Shown piece after piece: positions 62,824 through 64,000 of a stretch of DNA of 64,000 nucleotides. Within the stretch, counting starts at the first letter, position 1. Every line of letters starts with the position of its first letter. This stretch comes from an uncultured Marinifilum sp. (GTDB taxonomy: Bacteria > Bacteroidota > Bacteroidia > Bacteroidales > Marinifilaceae): positions 420,923 to 484,922 of the forward strand of contig OY781918.1 of the NCBI GenBank assembly GCA_963677195.1, written 5' to 3'. A program made the position numbers and the translations under genes. The notes beneath the pieces were generated by a model. The model had not been told where the DNA came from. It did not search any database and saw nothing but the letters and a program-made list of their open reading frames with translations.

Positions 62824-63786
62824 GTGAGAATACATCCTAACATATTTTACGCAAAAATATTACTCTTTGGCGAATACAGTGTTTTACTTAACTCGATGGG
62901 TTTAAGTATTCCATACACTCATTTTAAAGGTGAATTAAGTTTTATTGGCGACGATAAATATACCGATCGTAATTTTGCAAAAAGATCCAATTCAGAGCTT
63001 CTTAAATTTTTAGAATATCTTAAAAGTAATGCTAGTAAATATGGCACTTTACTTAATTTATCTGCTTTTGAGAAAGATATCCACAATGGTTTGTATTTTG
63101 AATCGAGTATTCCGGAAAGTTATGGTTTAGGTAGTTCCGGTGCTTTATGTGCTTCTATTTACAAGAAATATGGAATTAAGCCAATTGGCAACAACAAAAA
63201 ATTACAAAATGGTGAAATTATTCAGTTAAAGAATATTCTATCTCAATTGGAATCGGGTTTTCATGGTAAAAGTTCAGGTTTAGATCCTTTAAATTCATAT
63301 TTAAAAGTTCCACTACTAATTCATAACCAGAAAGAAATTGAACAGGTGAGTTTACCAGGAAAAAAATTTGGAGAAGACAGTGCTATCTTTTTAATTAACT
63401 CCAATAAATCAGGAAATACAGAACCATTGGTTCGCTCATTTTTGAAGAATTGTGAGAACAAAAAATTTTCTGATTTAATGGAGACAGAATTAATTCCAAG
63501 GAACAACAAATGTATTCATGAATTGGTAAATGGAAATGCAGACTCGTTTTTTTCAGAACTGAGTCAACTATCAAAATTCCAATTGACTTATTTTAAATCG
63601 ATGATTCCAGATAATTTTCTGGATTTATGGGATGAAGGTTTGCGTTTGCAACAATTTTGGCTAAAACTATGTGGCTCGGGCGGTGGTGGTTATTTATTGG
63701 GCTTTACGAGAAATTATTCCACAACTAAAGATCTGATGCTGGAAAAAGGATACGATATTGTAACTGTTTATGAGAATGAGAAGTAG
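62824..63786 (+). CDS. mvk: Mevalonate kinase
   Basis: A 320-aa ORF with a GTG start. It has AKILLFGEYSVL, ESYGLGSSGALCASI and HGKSSGLDP, the MVK HGxxSGxD motif. Confidence 0.8.
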   Translation: MRIHPNIFYAKILLFGEYSVLLNSMGLSIPYTHFKGELSFIGDDKYTDRNFAKRSNSELLKFLEYLKSNASKYGTLLNLSAFEKDIHNGLYFESSIPESYGLGSSGALCASIYKKYGIKPIGNNKKLQNGEIIQLKNILSQLESGFHGKSSGLDPLNSYLKVPLLIHNQKEIEQVSLPGKKFGEDSAIFLINSNKSGNTEPLVRSFLKNCENKKFSDLMETELIPRNNKCIHELVNGNADSFFSELSQLSKFQLTYFKSMIPDNFLDLWDEGLRLQQFWLKLCGSGGGGYLLGFTRNYSTTKDLMLEKGYDIVTVYENEK

Positions 63787-64000
63787 GACTAATTATTATT
63801 TATTTGCAAAAAAAGTCTTTATTATTTTATCATAAAATACCTTTTTGGGTATAGTTTAAAACTTACTAAACGATCTTTTTTCAACGGTTTTAAAATTTAG
63901 TATCAATCAGAATTTAACAAATTTTTATGTTTATATGCAAAAGTAAAGAGCTATCTCAAAACAGATAGCCCTTTATGTGAATTTAAAATATACAAACTAT

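Overview
The window reads as a chromosomal segment from an AT-rich member of the Bacteroidota. Supporting signs are two SusC/SusD pairs, many lipoprotein signal peptides ending in Cys, a hybrid two-component regulator, and TAnnTTTG-type -7 boxes in front of several genes.

Layout:
1. 1-16.7 kb holds housekeeping genes: a DUF3109 fragment, gpmI, S41 and M16 peptidases, an O-methyltransferase, a histidine phosphatase, selD with a small YedF/DsrE-like partner, a TonB-dependent receptor, a 5'-nucleotidase, and an unassignable 488-aa two-TM protein. This stretch also contains a tRNA-Phe(GAA) locus with three identical copies, a decayed tandem duplication of a small GIY-YIG gene, and an ISL3/ISAon1-like insertion sequence with an 8-bp target duplication.
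2. 16.8-35.5 kb is a minus-strand beta-mannan-type polysaccharide utilisation locus (PUL). It runs SusC, SusD, an internally duplicated surface-lipoprotein candidate, two GH5-like paralogs, GH130, a sodium:solute symporter, an acetylesterase, a GH5 mannanase and a GH2 beta-mannosidase, with a divergent AraC regulator.
3. 35.7-56.5 kb is a hybrid two-component sensor/regulator followed by a minus-strand xylan-type PUL. It runs SusC, SusD, an IPT-domain lipoprotein, GH10 with an Fn3 domain, GH3 with PA14, a GPH transporter, GH10, two GH43 genes and an unassigned TIM-barrel lipoprotein.
4. 57.2-63.8 kb is a plus-strand mevalonate-pathway operon preceded by an acyl-CoA dehydrogenase.

I found no convincing new multi-gene system such as a defence or secretion locus. 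The most unusual signals are non-coding and lie in the mannan PUL:
- CAAG repeats in strict 7-nt register just upstream of two start codons, with an inverted copy bracketing one GH5-like gene.
- Two paralogous long hairpins in the susC-susD and susD-lipoprotein spacers, whose arms mimic and complement the downstream start-codon context.
- A candidate +1 frameshift site (UUU UAA U) joining the two IS ORFs.

All family calls come from motif recognition by eye. No database search was run.
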